This document shows, one piece after another, positions 1 to 8,441 of a stretch of 32,000 bases of DNA. Made by a program: the position numbers and the translations under genes. Position 1 is the stretch's first letter, and every line of letters begins with the position of its first letter. The stretch is from Candidatus Saccharimonadota bacterium (GTDB taxonomy: Bacteria; Patescibacteriota; Saccharimonadia; Saccharimonadales; UBA4665), in NCBI GenBank assembly GCA_016699935.1, contig CP064992.1, positions 240,001 to 272,000 on the forward strand, written 5' to 3'. Under the pieces are notes generated by a model. It did no database searches, had not been told where the DNA came from, and worked only from the letters and a program-made list of their open reading frames with translations.

Positions 1-1313
1 TCTTTGCAATCGCCTTTGCAATCTCGACAGCTTTTGCTATCACTTGGTAACGGGAACTGGCGAGAAAGGCGATAACTTCATCGTGTATAGCAGCAAGCTT
101 TTTCTCGTCTTCACGAGCGTCGATGGCTTGTTTCATCCACTCGGCTATTTTCACCATATCTTTTCCTTCAGACCACGAGTGGTGATAGCAGGCGTGCTGA
201 GTCGGATGCCACTCGGACGGAACGGTGGCAACGTATCATTGGGTACTGAATTTTTATTCAGGTTCAGACCAACTTTGTCGAGCGCTTTTCGGCAACGCCA
301 CCGTCTATGCCGAAGCTCTGGTTGACATCAGCCAATATAAGGTGATTGCTCGTGCCGCCAGCTACCAATATAAAGCCGCGTTTTTTTAGTTCTTCGGCCA
401 GTACGGACGCATTCTTCACGACTTGCTTGGCGTATGTTTTGAATTCCGGGCGAAGTGCCTCGCCAAAAGCGACAGCCTTGGCGGCAATCGTGTGCATGTG
501 TGGCCCACCCTGGGTGCCAGGGAAAATGGCTCGGTCGATAAGTGTCGGGATGTTCTGAATGGTTTTCTCTGGCGCCTTGAGAGGTGTCGAAACCGTGCCC
601 TTGCTGAGGATCAAGCCACCGCGCGGACCGCGCAATGTTTTGTGCGTGGTGGTCGTAATGACATGAAAGCCGTAGTCAAATGGGTTTTTGGCCTCACCTG
701 CCACGATTAGCCCAGCGATGTGCGCCATATCTGCCATTAGTAGGCAATCTGGACCAACTTCTTTTGCGATGGCGGCAAATTTGGCATAATCCAGCTCGCG
801 TGGATAAGCGCTGAAGCCAGCCAGAATAATTTTTGGCTTGTGTTTGAGGGCTAAGGCGCGTAGCTCTTCGTAATCTATTTCACCAGTAGTAATGTCTTTC
901 ACTTTGTAGCCGACAAAGTTGTAGATGTGGGCCGAGCGCGTCATCGGGTTGCCGTGACTAAGGTGTCCGCCGTGGCCAAGATCCATCCCAAGCACGGTGT
1001 CGCCAGGCTCAAGCCACGCGTAGTAGACAGCTTCGTTTGCAGGGACACCAGAGTGGGGCTGGACATTGGCATGGTCGGCTTTGAACAATTTTTTAGCGCG
1101 GTCAATGGCGAGCTGTTCTAGCGGGTCGGTGAAGTCTTGGCCGCCATAGTAGCGCTTGCCCGGGTAGCCTTCGCTGTATTTATTTGTAAAAATACTCCCA
1201 TTGGCTTCTAGCACGTCAGCAGAAACATAGTTTTCACTGGGGATGAGTTCCAGCCCTTCGTGCTCACGCTTATCTTCGGAGGCAATTAGATCAGCTACTT
1301 GTGTATCTACCAT
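1..1313 (-). CDS. glyA: serine hydroxymethyltransferase. The intact ORF is 264..1313; the C-terminal ~90 codons continue in other frames toward the window start, and the 3' end is unresolved
   Basis: The 349-aa ORF is canonical SHMT ([24 protein letters not shown]-lysine region). Minus-strand sequence of 1..263 still encodes the conserved C-terminus ([26 protein letters not shown]..) but in two other frames. The switches coincide with T4 runs at 286-289 and 161-164, each apparently one base short. Confidence 0.9.
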
Positions 1314-1491
1314 GGGGTCTCTCCTCGTTTAGTCGTTATCTTATAGTGTACGCTAGGATACCTAGTGCGGGATATAGTAATTTTGTCTGCAGGCCGTCAA
1401 TGATCAATTTACAATTCACAATTTTCAGAATAAGGGCAAGTGACAATTTTCAAACAGACTGTGACGATAGAAATTCTGAATCTTGTTTCTT

Positions 1492-1558
1492 GAAAATTTT
1501 TTGAAAATTGAAAATTGTGAATTGTGAATTGTGAATTGTGGATTGTGGATTGTGGATT
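1492..1558. repeat. 7-bp tandem array: GAAAATT x2(+1), GTGAATT x3, GTGGATT x3, in the glyA/murA divergent intergenic region
   Basis: Read directly. Eight in-phase heptads span 1503-1558, plus one unit at 1492-1498. Three inverted heptads (AATTTAC AATTCAC AATTTTC) lie at 1406-1426, and a further ACAATTTTC at about 1443-1451. Confidence 0.9.
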
Positions 1559-1568
1559 ACCTCCACCA

Positions 1569-1586
1569 TATACCATGCATGGTATA
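1569..1586. promoter_or_regulatory. 18-bp perfect palindrome TATACCATG|CATGGTATA overlapping a TATACT -10 box (1583-1588), 8 nt upstream of the HTH-murA ATG; candidate operator plus leaderless promoter
   Basis: The palindrome was verified base by base. TATACT lies 8 nt before the ATG at 1597 with no Shine-Dalgarno sequence between them. Function is inferred. Confidence 0.4.
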
Positions 1587-1596
1587 CTATACCCTT

Positions 1597-3108
1597 ATGA
1601 CTACTCAAACAAATGAACGAATCGGTGATTTTGTGGCGCGAGTGCGCCAAGAACGTGGTATGACCCAGGCAGAACTAGCCAAGCGTCTTGGTACCAGCCA
1701 ATCAGCCATTAACCGCATAGAAAAAGGTGGCCAAAACTTGAGCCTCGAGACGCTTGGTCGGCTGAGCGAGGCGCTCAATAAGCAAATAATCTCACTTGGC
1801 AGCGGCTCGGTGAATTTGCGAATCGAAGGCGGCCATGAGCTACACGGTAATATCCAGCTCAAGACAAGTAAGAATGCCGCCGTGGGGCTACTGTGTGCCG
1901 CACTGCTCAATCACGGCACGACGAAATTTTTGAATTTCCCGCGCATCGAAGAAGTATTTCGTATAATCGAGGTTCTGGAAAGCATTGGCATCCAGGCAAA
2001 ATGGACAAACGGTAACGATCTAGAGCTGCGTCGACCCACCGAGCTCAGGCTCGACAAAATGGATAAAGATGCCGCTCGCAAAACACGAACGGTCATCATG
2101 ATGATGGGTCCGCTCATGCATGAATTTTCGCAGTTCAAGATTCCCTACGCCGGTGGCTGCAAGCTGGGTGAGCGGACGGTCGAACCGCATCTGTTTGCCC
2201 TGCAAGAATTTGGCTTAGGTGTCAAAGCTACGAGCGGTCACTACCAAGTTACTGTCACACCGAGACCAGCTGGCAGATTCGCGCTCTACGAGATGGGTGA
2301 TACTGTCACCGAAAATGCTCTCATGGCTGCAGCTGGGCGCGACGAGGAAACTACCATCGAATTGCCAGCGCCAACTACATGGTTCAGGACGTGTGTTTTC
2401 CTTCGAAACTTGGTGTCCGCATCGATGGCATCGGCACCAGTACGCTGCGCGTTCACGGTGTCAAAAACATCAAAAATATCACCTATGCGCCAGCCGAAGA
2501 TCCGATTGAAGCTATGTTTTCATAGCCGCCGCCGTTACGACAAATTCTGAGATTACCATTGAACGCGCCGATAGCCTTTGTTACGCTTGAGCTACTGAAG
2601 CTCAAGAAGATGGGTCTTCGTTATGAGGTTACCAATCGTTATCCTGCCGCAAATGGCAAGACAGAGCTCGTCGACCTGCACATCTTCAAGCACAATGGTG
2701 AGCTGCACGCCCTCGTAGACAAAATCCACTCCCTTCCCTTATCCTGGCGTCAATACCGATAATCTACCGTATTTTGTCCCAATCTGCGCCGTTGTAAAGG
2801 CCGCACCCTCATCCATGACTGGATGTACGAAAACCGAGCCATCTACTATACAGAAGTAACAAAAATTGGTGCAACCGTGGGCTCGCCGACCCGCACCGCG
2901 TGTACATCACTGGACCAACCAAGTTCACTCGTGCCGATGTGTTTTGCCCCCTGCCCTTCGTCCCGCTAGCCTGCTCCTCATCGGCATGCTAGCTGCTGAC
3001 GGCGTTTCTACACTGCGCAATATCTACACCATTCAGCGTGGCTATGAAGATCTCGCTGAACGCCTCAATAGCCTGGGTGCCCACATAGAAGTATTCCACG
3101 AAATCTAA
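1597..3108 (+). pseudogene. murA: XRE-family HTH domain fused to UDP-N-acetylglucosamine 1-carboxyvinyltransferase (MurA). As sequenced it is broken by about 7 frameshifts (fragments 1597-2550, 2559-2762, 2866-3108 and short pieces)
   Basis: The N-terminus IGDFVARVRQERGMTQAELAKRLGTSQSAINRIEKG is a classic HTH_3/XRE motif. It is followed by MurA: LRIEGGHELHGNIQLKTSKNAA, and active-site Cys in PYAGGCKLGERTVEPH. The rest of MurA (ENALMAAA.., IDGIGTSTLRVHGV, YPGVNTDNLPYF, IHDWMYENR, LADPHRVYITGP, LRPASLLLIGMLAADG, RGYEDLAERLNSLGA) is readable only by switching frame near 2360, 2518, 2568, 2742, 2797, 2881 and 2949. Most switch points are at homopolymers. Confidence 0.85.
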
Positions 3109-3118
3109 GAGTTCATTC

Positions 3119-3776
3119 CTAGATTCGCTTGTGATCGACATAGCTGAAATAGAAAAGCTGCCGGAATTCACTAAGGGTGGGCCCGGTACAGGTTTGCAGC
3201 ATGAGTCGTGATGGTCCGGTGTAGTTCAGTACGCCGATGTTTGTTGGGTCAACGACTTCGTGGCTAGCAAGTTTGTATGTAAAAACAAATCCCATGTCTG
3301 TTGTAATTGTGGCCTCTGCGCTTGGTTGAATCTTCAAAAGCGGCCCAAACACCCACGAGGTGGCATGACCGTAGATGAAGGTGTTTCCTCGCGCGAATTG
3401 GCAAGTTTGATGATGTGTCAAACTGAACTTTATCATTGTGCAGTGTCCAGGTTCTAGAAACGGTATCTACGACCCGTCTACTACGGGGAGGCTTATCCTA
3501 CGCTTGGAACATCCAGTTTGATGGGGCGTCCGATAGCAAACGGAACTGGAGGAGTAACCTTCGAGTAATCCGGCAGTGCAGCCGCATACGCCGTAAACTG
3601 CTTATCATACTCACGAATTGCCAGTGGATAAAAACACCACAAAATATTGCAACCATTACAAATAGATACACAGCAGAGCGTGTAAATCGGCTGAAGCGAC
3701 GTTTTTTATACTGTGGTTGGACACGCGCCTCAGCAAATAACGGTAGCTCGACAATTTGCTTATTCTTCCGCAACAT
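3119..3776 (-). pseudogene. sortase (transpeptidase), N-terminal TM anchor; at least 3 frameshifts as sequenced
   Basis: TM segment AVYLFVMVAIFCGVF; His motif GNTFIYGHA; catalytic TLxTC-type motif LMLQTCTGP in ORF 3119..3436. The middle part (IREYDKQFTAYAAALPDYSKVTPPVPFAIGRPIKLDVPSVG, then VVDTVSRTWTLHNDKVQF) is in other frames. The ATG at 3776 is preceded by TATAAT (3783-3788). Confidence 0.7.
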
Positions 3777-4029
3777 GTACGTATTATAGCACATTTATAA
3801 TATTTGTCACAATTATTATATTAGCACTCATCCAAACAACAAAAATTTGTCGCTTAGATTATACCCAAGATTATTTAAAAAGTTGATAGTATTTCGTATC
3901 CGAAAACTTGAGACTTTTCCGGCTACGTAACCGCACAAGGTGGCATAACGACTGATCGTTTTGGTTTTGTCATCCCATCTGGGTAAAAACTGGCTTTTAT
4001 TCAAAAATAGAGCAGCGTCATTAAACTAG

Positions 4030-4187
4030 CCTGAGTTCGACATAATCTCTCGACCTCAGCAGTGGAGGGCTTTGCCCTCCCACTTTTGGCTGGAGTAAAT
4101 CCAGCCAAAAAGTTCCCCAACCCTAAAGCGCTGCTCTCGCATCGCTGCTGACGGAGTAGAGCCTTGCATGCTTAGGTCGAATTGAGG
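4030..4187. ncRNA. candidate structured RNA of unknown family in a 400-bp ORF-free gap
   Basis: Outer helix CCTGAGTTCGAC (4030-4041) / GTCGAATTGAGG (4176-4187). Two strong internal hairpins: GTGGAGGGC-TTT-GCCCTCCCAC (4062-4083) and TTTTGGCTGGA-GTAAA-TCCAGCCAAAA (4084-4110). No family recognised by eye; the strand is undetermined. Confidence 0.2.
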
Positions 4188-4200
4188 TTAAACTAGTAGA

Positions 4201-4709
4201 CTACTTGCCTATTGTCGAACGATATATTTTGTAAGCGTTGATGAAACCTTTAGTAAATTTATCAGGTTCTGCTGCCATCATTGTTATTAACTGACCCGGC
4301 GATAACCATTTTCCACCAGCAACTTCACCCTGGTCTAACGTTAAGGTTTGATCCGACACAGCGGTGTATAAAGTATTGAATCTTTTCATTATGCTGCCCT
4401 CGTATTCAAAATCGCTATAGTATCGTGTAACTTCATGCAGCTTAATGTTTTTGATACCGATCTCTTCGTATAATTCTCGCTTAGCTGCAGTAATATAGTC
4501 CTCGTCCTCGTCTACATGTCCCCCGGCAGATTGATCCCATAGTCCAGGATGGCTGACGTTTAGAGCGCGTTTTGTATAAATATTTGCCCTTTGGAATTAA
4601 ACAGCACTATTCGAACAATTCTAACAATTTGACCCTGACTTACTGCGTCTTGACGATCCATTGCACCAATGACATTGTCGTTCTTGTCTACAATTGCAAC
4701 TTTTGTCAT
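4201..4709 (-). CDS. Nudix hydrolase (one apparent frameshift)
   Basis: Nudix box GGHVDEDEDYITAAKRELYEEIGI. The N-terminal part MTKVAIVDKNDNVIGAMDRQDAV..IFIQ joins the 3' ORF (4201..4389) only after a frame change at the T4 run 4570-4573. Confidence 0.8.
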
Positions 4710-4742
4710 TTGATAACCCTGGCTTCAATTTGGTCTAAAGTT

Positions 4743-4818
4743 TGGTGCGGGTGCGGAGAGTCGAACTCCGATTTTTTGTTTGGAAAACAAAGATAATAAG
4801 CCGTTATACGACACCCGC
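4743..4818 (-). tRNA. tRNA-Gly (anticodon UCC), CCA encoded
   Basis: Manual cloverleaf: acceptor GCGGGTG/CACCCGC, anticodon stem TTTGT/ACAAA with loop TT-TCC-AA, T-arm GGAGTTCGACTCTCC, discriminator A plus CCA. Confidence 0.9.
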
Positions 4819-4825
4819 GTATACT

Positions 4826-5488
4826 CTAGATGTTAAGTATAGCAGATACCCAACCCTTTAATCTACGGTAGAGACGCACACCTTTAGCTGTATCGCCTTC
4901 GCTTCTGACCGAGATACGTACAGTGCCATACGGTAATTTGCCGTTGTGTGAAATTGCTTTGCCAATTCTTCTATCTACCTGCGTTTTACCACATCGCAGA
5001 TTGGGAATGCCAATAATATTACGCCAATATTTCAGACATACTTCTTCGTCTGTTTCTGGATAGATATGCAGTGTCATGAAGATGTTTTCGTCTCGTAACC
5101 CACAGATCTCTTTTAGCCATCCTACCCACAGTCTCACAACATCTGGATCTGAGTTGGCAAGTCGTATTTGTTCTATCGTCTTTGATCCCTCACCAATCCA
5201 TAAACCGATACCGACCATCCACAAATCTCTCCTACTAATGTCGCCTACTTCATCTTTTCCTAGCTGTAATAGCTCTGCAATTTCGCATATTCTTTCATCC
5301 CGCTTTCTTATACCATATGCGTATCGTCCAGATTGAATTCTGTGCAATGCTTCAGCGTTTGGCGTGTACGGTCTTTCGCGAAACCAGCCGCTTAGCGTTG
5401 CCATAGGTACACCTAATTGGTTGTGGATCATACGGTATGAATAACCGCTGTCCCGAAGTTTTGTGGCAGCAATTCGATTTATATTCAC
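4826..5488 (-). CDS. HTH domain plus LAGLIDADG-like homing-endonuclease-like protein (hypothetical)
   Basis: N-terminal resolvase-type HTH (LRDSGYSYRMIHNQLGVPMATLSGWF). The motif LWMVGIGLWIGEGSK resembles the LAGLIDADG dodecapeptide. GTG start at 5488. The assignment rests on motif resemblance only. Confidence 0.5.
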   Translation of the reverse strand: MNINRIAATKLRDSGYSYRMIHNQLGVPMATLSGWFRERPYTPNAEALHRIQSGRYAYGIRKRDERICEIAELLQLGKDEVGDISRRDLWMVGIGLWIGEGSKTIEQIRLANSDPDVVRLWVGWLKEICGLRDENIFMTLHIYPETDEEVCLKYWRNIIGIPNLRCGKTQVDRRIGKAISHNGKLPYGTVRISVRSEGDTAKGVRLYRRLKGWVSAILNI

Positions 5489-5553
5489 TATGTAAGTCTA
5501 GCAATACATGTATATACGTTCAATATACTTTGCTATTATCAGACAGGTGCCGT

Positions 5554-5618
5554 GCCCTGGTAGCTCAGTTGGACAACCTTGAGCGAATTATAAACGCAGA
5601 CGCTGCTCTATCTAACTG
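5554..5618 (+). repeat. tRNA-Arg-derived fragments: a direct copy of positions 1-20 (5554-5573) and an inverted copy of the D-loop/D-stem region (5603-5618)
   Basis: GCCCTGGTAGCTCAGTTGGA matches tRNA 5669-5688 with 1 mismatch, and the GGTGC flank is also shared. CTGCTCTATCTAACTG is the reverse complement of CAGTTAGATAGAGCAG, compared with tRNA CAGCTGGATAGAGCAG. Confidence 0.7.
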
Positions 5619-5668
5619 GAACCGCAACATTTTTAATCGAATGAGTTATTATATAAACAGTGGTGCTT

Positions 5669-5745
5669 GCCCTGGTAGCTCAGCTGGATAGAGCAGAGGA
5701 CTTCTAAGCCTAAGGTCACAGGTTCGAATCCTGTCCGGGGCACCA
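5669..5745 (+). tRNA. tRNA-Arg (anticodon UCU), CCA encoded
   Basis: Acceptor GCCCTGG/CCGGGGC (one G-U), D-arm GCTC-AGCTGGATA-GAGC, anticodon loop CT-TCT-AA, T-arm ACAGG-TTCGAAT-CCTGT. The anticodon stem has only 3 clean pairs (mismatches at 27-43 and 31-39). Confidence 0.8.
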
Positions 5746-5750
5746 CGACC

Positions 5751-6650
5751 ATGATGACACTATATGACGTGCTGAAAAAGCACCAAGAAAACCCAAAAGA
5801 TAAACGTCTCTTCGGGCTTGTACTCCAGGGGGGAGGAATGCGTGCCGCATACTCAGCGGGCGCCATAGTACCATTGATTGAATACAGCTTTGCTAGTACC
5901 TTTGAGCACGTTATTGGATCAAGTGCAGGGGCGATAAACGGGGCGTACTTTCTCGGGGGTGACATTGAAACCTATCACACGTATACAGACGACTTGACCA
6001 ATAAAAACTTTGTAAATTTACTCAGACAAGATAAAAAAGTTAACATCGATTACTTGGTTGACTTGGTTCTGAAGCATAAAAGACCGGTCAATATTCCCAA
6101 TTTACTAAATTCAAGATCTCAGCTACATGTTATCCTGACTGATGCCATAACTGGAAAAAAGACAATCATCTCTGACCATCATAAATTCGCACAAATCTAC
6201 GAGGAGTTTAGAGCCACGGCAGCATTACCTATTTTTTACGACAAAAAGGTAACAGTAGAAGGTAGAGATTATATCGATGGTGGTGTTGCAGACTTGATCC
6301 CTATAGATATTGCCGTCAAGCTAGGATGTACAGATATCGTAGTAGTCATGACACAGCGTATTGAGAATTATCATTTCGACCGTAGGCACGATCGTCTGAT
6401 CAAACGAATTATCAAGCAACTAGCCCGTAAGCAACCCCAAGCTATTCAGGCTATATTACCGACCAACGAAAAACTTTTACAAGCAAATCTGCGCTTTTTG
6501 AGACGTCCCCACAGAAAAGTTCGCTTATATATATTGGAGCCAAGCAACAATTCGACCCTTGTCCAAATATACGAAACTGATAAACCAGATGTTGAGCGCC
6601 TCGCGAGGCTCGGAATCACCGACATGGATGAGTTTTACACAAGAACATAA
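5751..6650 (+). CDS. patatin-like phospholipase
   Basis: Oxyanion-hole motif LQGGGMRAAY, nucleophile elbow GSSAG, catalytic Asp in DGGVAD. Starts 6 nt after tRNA-Arg. Confidence 0.85.
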   Translation: MMTLYDVLKKHQENPKDKRLFGLVLQGGGMRAAYSAGAIVPLIEYSFASTFEHVIGSSAGAINGAYFLGGDIETYHTYTDDLTNKNFVNLLRQDKKVNIDYLVDLVLKHKRPVNIPNLLNSRSQLHVILTDAITGKKTIISDHHKFAQIYEEFRATAALPIFYDKKVTVEGRDYIDGGVADLIPIDIAVKLGCTDIVVVMTQRIENYHFDRRHDRLIKRIIKQLARKQPQAIQAILPTNEKLLQANLRFLRRPHRKVRLYILEPSNNSTLVQIYETDKPDVERLARLGITDMDEFYTRT

Positions 6651-6682
6651 CTGAGCGCTGAACAATACTTGGATAATCCCGG

Positions 6683-7624
6683 GTGAAAGTGTACGCTTAT
6701 ACCATGCCATCCCAGATGAAAAAGCGAAATTTCTTTGAACGCAGACTTGACCAGTTTGACCGATTCCAACAGCACCATCACAAGGTCGGATTTCCGTTTG
6801 CTGTTGCAAAAAAATACAGCGATGACGATGCTGGCTACCAGGCGGCACTTATCGCCTATTACGGGTTCGTTTCACTTTTTCCACTTCTCATCGCGGCAAC
6901 GGTCACGCTGCAAATACTTGCACAGGATAAGCCGGAACTACAAGAGAAATTCCTGAGTGGTGTTACGAGCTACTTTCCTGCCCTCGGAGATAGCTTGGCC
7001 GCAAGCATCAATACGCCAAGCAAAACGGGTCTCGCACTGCTTCTAAGCCTGCTTGTCACCTTCTACGGCGCACGTGGCGTCGCCCACGCCGTTCAGCACG
7101 TACTAAACCATGTTTGGGCCGTACCTCGAATACGTCGCGCTGGGTTCCCCAAATCTACTATCAAAAGTTTCGGCATCATTTTTTACGCCGGTACTGGTTT
7201 CCTTGTCGCCGCTTCATTGACTGGTTACGCAGCGGCGACAAGTCACGCATTGCTACTGAGGCTACTGCTCGGGACACTTGGGTTCATCGCTCTCTTTGCC
7301 GTTTTTTGGGGAGTATTTACATTTGGCTCATCGGCTCGAAAACGGCCAATCGCCAATGTGCCGGGTGCACTCGTTGCAGCTATCGGCTTTTTGGTTCTGC
7401 AAACCATAGGTGGATATCTTGTAGCTCATTTCCTCCGTACCCAAACCGGGCTCAACGCTCAGTTTGCGGTGATCTTAGCCATATTGTTCTGGCTATACCT
7501 GCAGGCACAAGTATTCCTATACGCTGTAGGAATTAACACCGTACGGCACTATCGTCTCTGGCCACGAAGCATCACACCTGTACCCCCAAATGTGGCCGAT
7601 ATAAAGCATACAAACTGTATATGA
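6683..7624 (+). CDS. YihY/BrkB-family integral membrane protein
   Basis: Family signature AGYQAALIAYYGFVSLFPLLI followed by multiple TM segments. The true start may be an internal ATG (about 6704 or 6713). Confidence 0.75.
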   Translation: MKVYAYTMPSQMKKRNFFERRLDQFDRFQQHHHKVGFPFAVAKKYSDDDAGYQAALIAYYGFVSLFPLLIAATVTLQILAQDKPELQEKFLSGVTSYFPALGDSLAASINTPSKTGLALLLSLLVTFYGARGVAHAVQHVLNHVWAVPRIRRAGFPKSTIKSFGIIFYAGTGFLVAASLTGYAAATSHALLLRLLLGTLGFIALFAVFWGVFTFGSSARKRPIANVPGALVAAIGFLVLQTIGGYLVAHFLRTQTGLNAQFAVILAILFWLYLQAQVFLYAVGINTVRHYRLWPRSITPVPPNVADIKHTNCI

Positions 7625-8163
7625 GGCGTGAAACTTTTACGCGCTGACTAGACCAAACGTAATTGCTGCATTTTCGATTTACAAAAGCCGTTCAAGTTAC
7701 TATCATAATGGTAATGCATAGAAAGTTCTGTTGGTTTGCTCATCGCTGCCTCACTGATTATTAGCGCCTCTTTTATATAACTATAATGCCAAAGTAGCCC
7801 GACCAACGAAGAGGCCGCCTTGAAACAACCCCGAGGTTTCCAGGCAAAATCTGACTGCGCAAAAACTCCAACAACAGCAGTACATATAGCAACAAATACG
7901 AAATTTGACTTCCCTACGTCTTGTCTTCCCCATGGCTGGGTGAGTCAACAATAACAAAACCCCACAACAATCATTGAAATAGTCTGCCAAACCCGTTATA
8001 ATCACCTCTGTTTTCTGCTTGTTGCAGCTAACAAAACTCAATCCAAGGAGCGAAACGACTGAATGGAGTTTTGAGAGGAAACATCCGGCTGAGACTGGAG
8101 CTCGGCGAAAGAAGATTTATCTTGTTTCGGCGCAGCGAAGATCGTTGCCGTGTTGTGACGAAA

Positions 8164-8241
8164 GCCGGATGTGGCTCAGTTGGTTAGAGCGCCTGCTTGT
8201 GGCGCAGGAGGCCGTGGGTTCAAGTCCCATCATTCGCCCCA
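8164..8241 (+). tRNA. tRNA-His (anticodon GUG) with encoded G-1 and CCA
   Basis: Anticodon stem CCTGC/GCAGG, loop TT-GTG-GC; T-arm GTGGG-TTCAAGT-CCCAT; G-1 opposite C73. The 1-72 pair is C-C as sequenced. Confidence 0.85.
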
Positions 8242-8382
8242 AGTTGAAACCCTTGCGAAAACGGGGTTTTGCTTTGGTCAGAGCGGAGGCTTGAACGCCA
8301 TTGCCAGTGGCGGTGGCCGGACCCGTAGCCTGTAAGTTCAGGTCCGAATGACATGAGGAGAGCAGTCCCATCATTCGCCCCA
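8242..8382 (+). other. tRNA-His-linked module: 122-nt spacer ending in an exact 19-nt copy of the tRNA 3' end (AGTCCCATCATTCGCCCCA, 8364-8382 = 8223-8241)
   Basis: The exact repeat was verified. The spacer starts with a hairpin AAACCC..GGGTTT and contains GGACC..GGTCC and CCTG-TAAGTT-CAGG hairpins. It is followed by the long hairpin CATACAAAGGAGTCGAC..GTCGGCTCTTTGTATG (8381-8420). Confidence 0.5.
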
Positions 8383-8441
8383 TACAAAGGAGTCGACCCA
8401 TGCAGTCGGCTCTTTGTATGAATGAATATTCTTTCATATTG

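Noticed and set aside
1503-1558. TGTGGAT/TGTGAAT heptads read as DnaA boxes (oriC)
   Set aside because: The core resembles TGTGNATAA, but the last two positions never match. The 7-bp overlapping phasing is unlike 9-mer box arrays, and no dnaA/dnaN or obvious DUE context is present. It is kept only as a repeat or regulatory candidate.
3850-4200. tmRNA
   Set aside because: The minus strand shows TTCGAC..CTAAGCATGC, reminiscent of conserved tmRNA strings. However, there is no GGGG acceptor 5' end, no T-arm/ACCA 3' end and no plausible tag ORF ending in hydrophobic residues.
5633-5965. 110-aa minus-strand ORF
   Set aside because: It runs antisense through tRNA-Arg and the well-supported patatin gene, so it is spurious.
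7781-8041. 86-aa Cys-rich minus-strand ORF in the 7625-8160 gap
   Set aside because: The composition is implausible (CC, CCCW runs), with no start context or homology. A 31-aa ORF at about 7650-7745 with a GAGG Shine-Dalgarno sequence is possible but unsupported. The gap is left unannotated.
8075-8093. RNase P RNA P4-like string GAGGAAACATCCGGCTGAG
   Set aside because: It only loosely resembles GAGGAAAGTCCGGGC. None of the other universally conserved RNase P segments (for example ACAGAAnCCGGCTTA, AGGGTGAAA) is present nearby.
8085-8100. CTGAGA box suggesting a TPP riboswitch upstream of tRNA-His
   Set aside because: The remaining THI-box elements (ACCC..GAACCTGATC..TAATACC..GCG) are absent, and there is no downstream thiamine gene.
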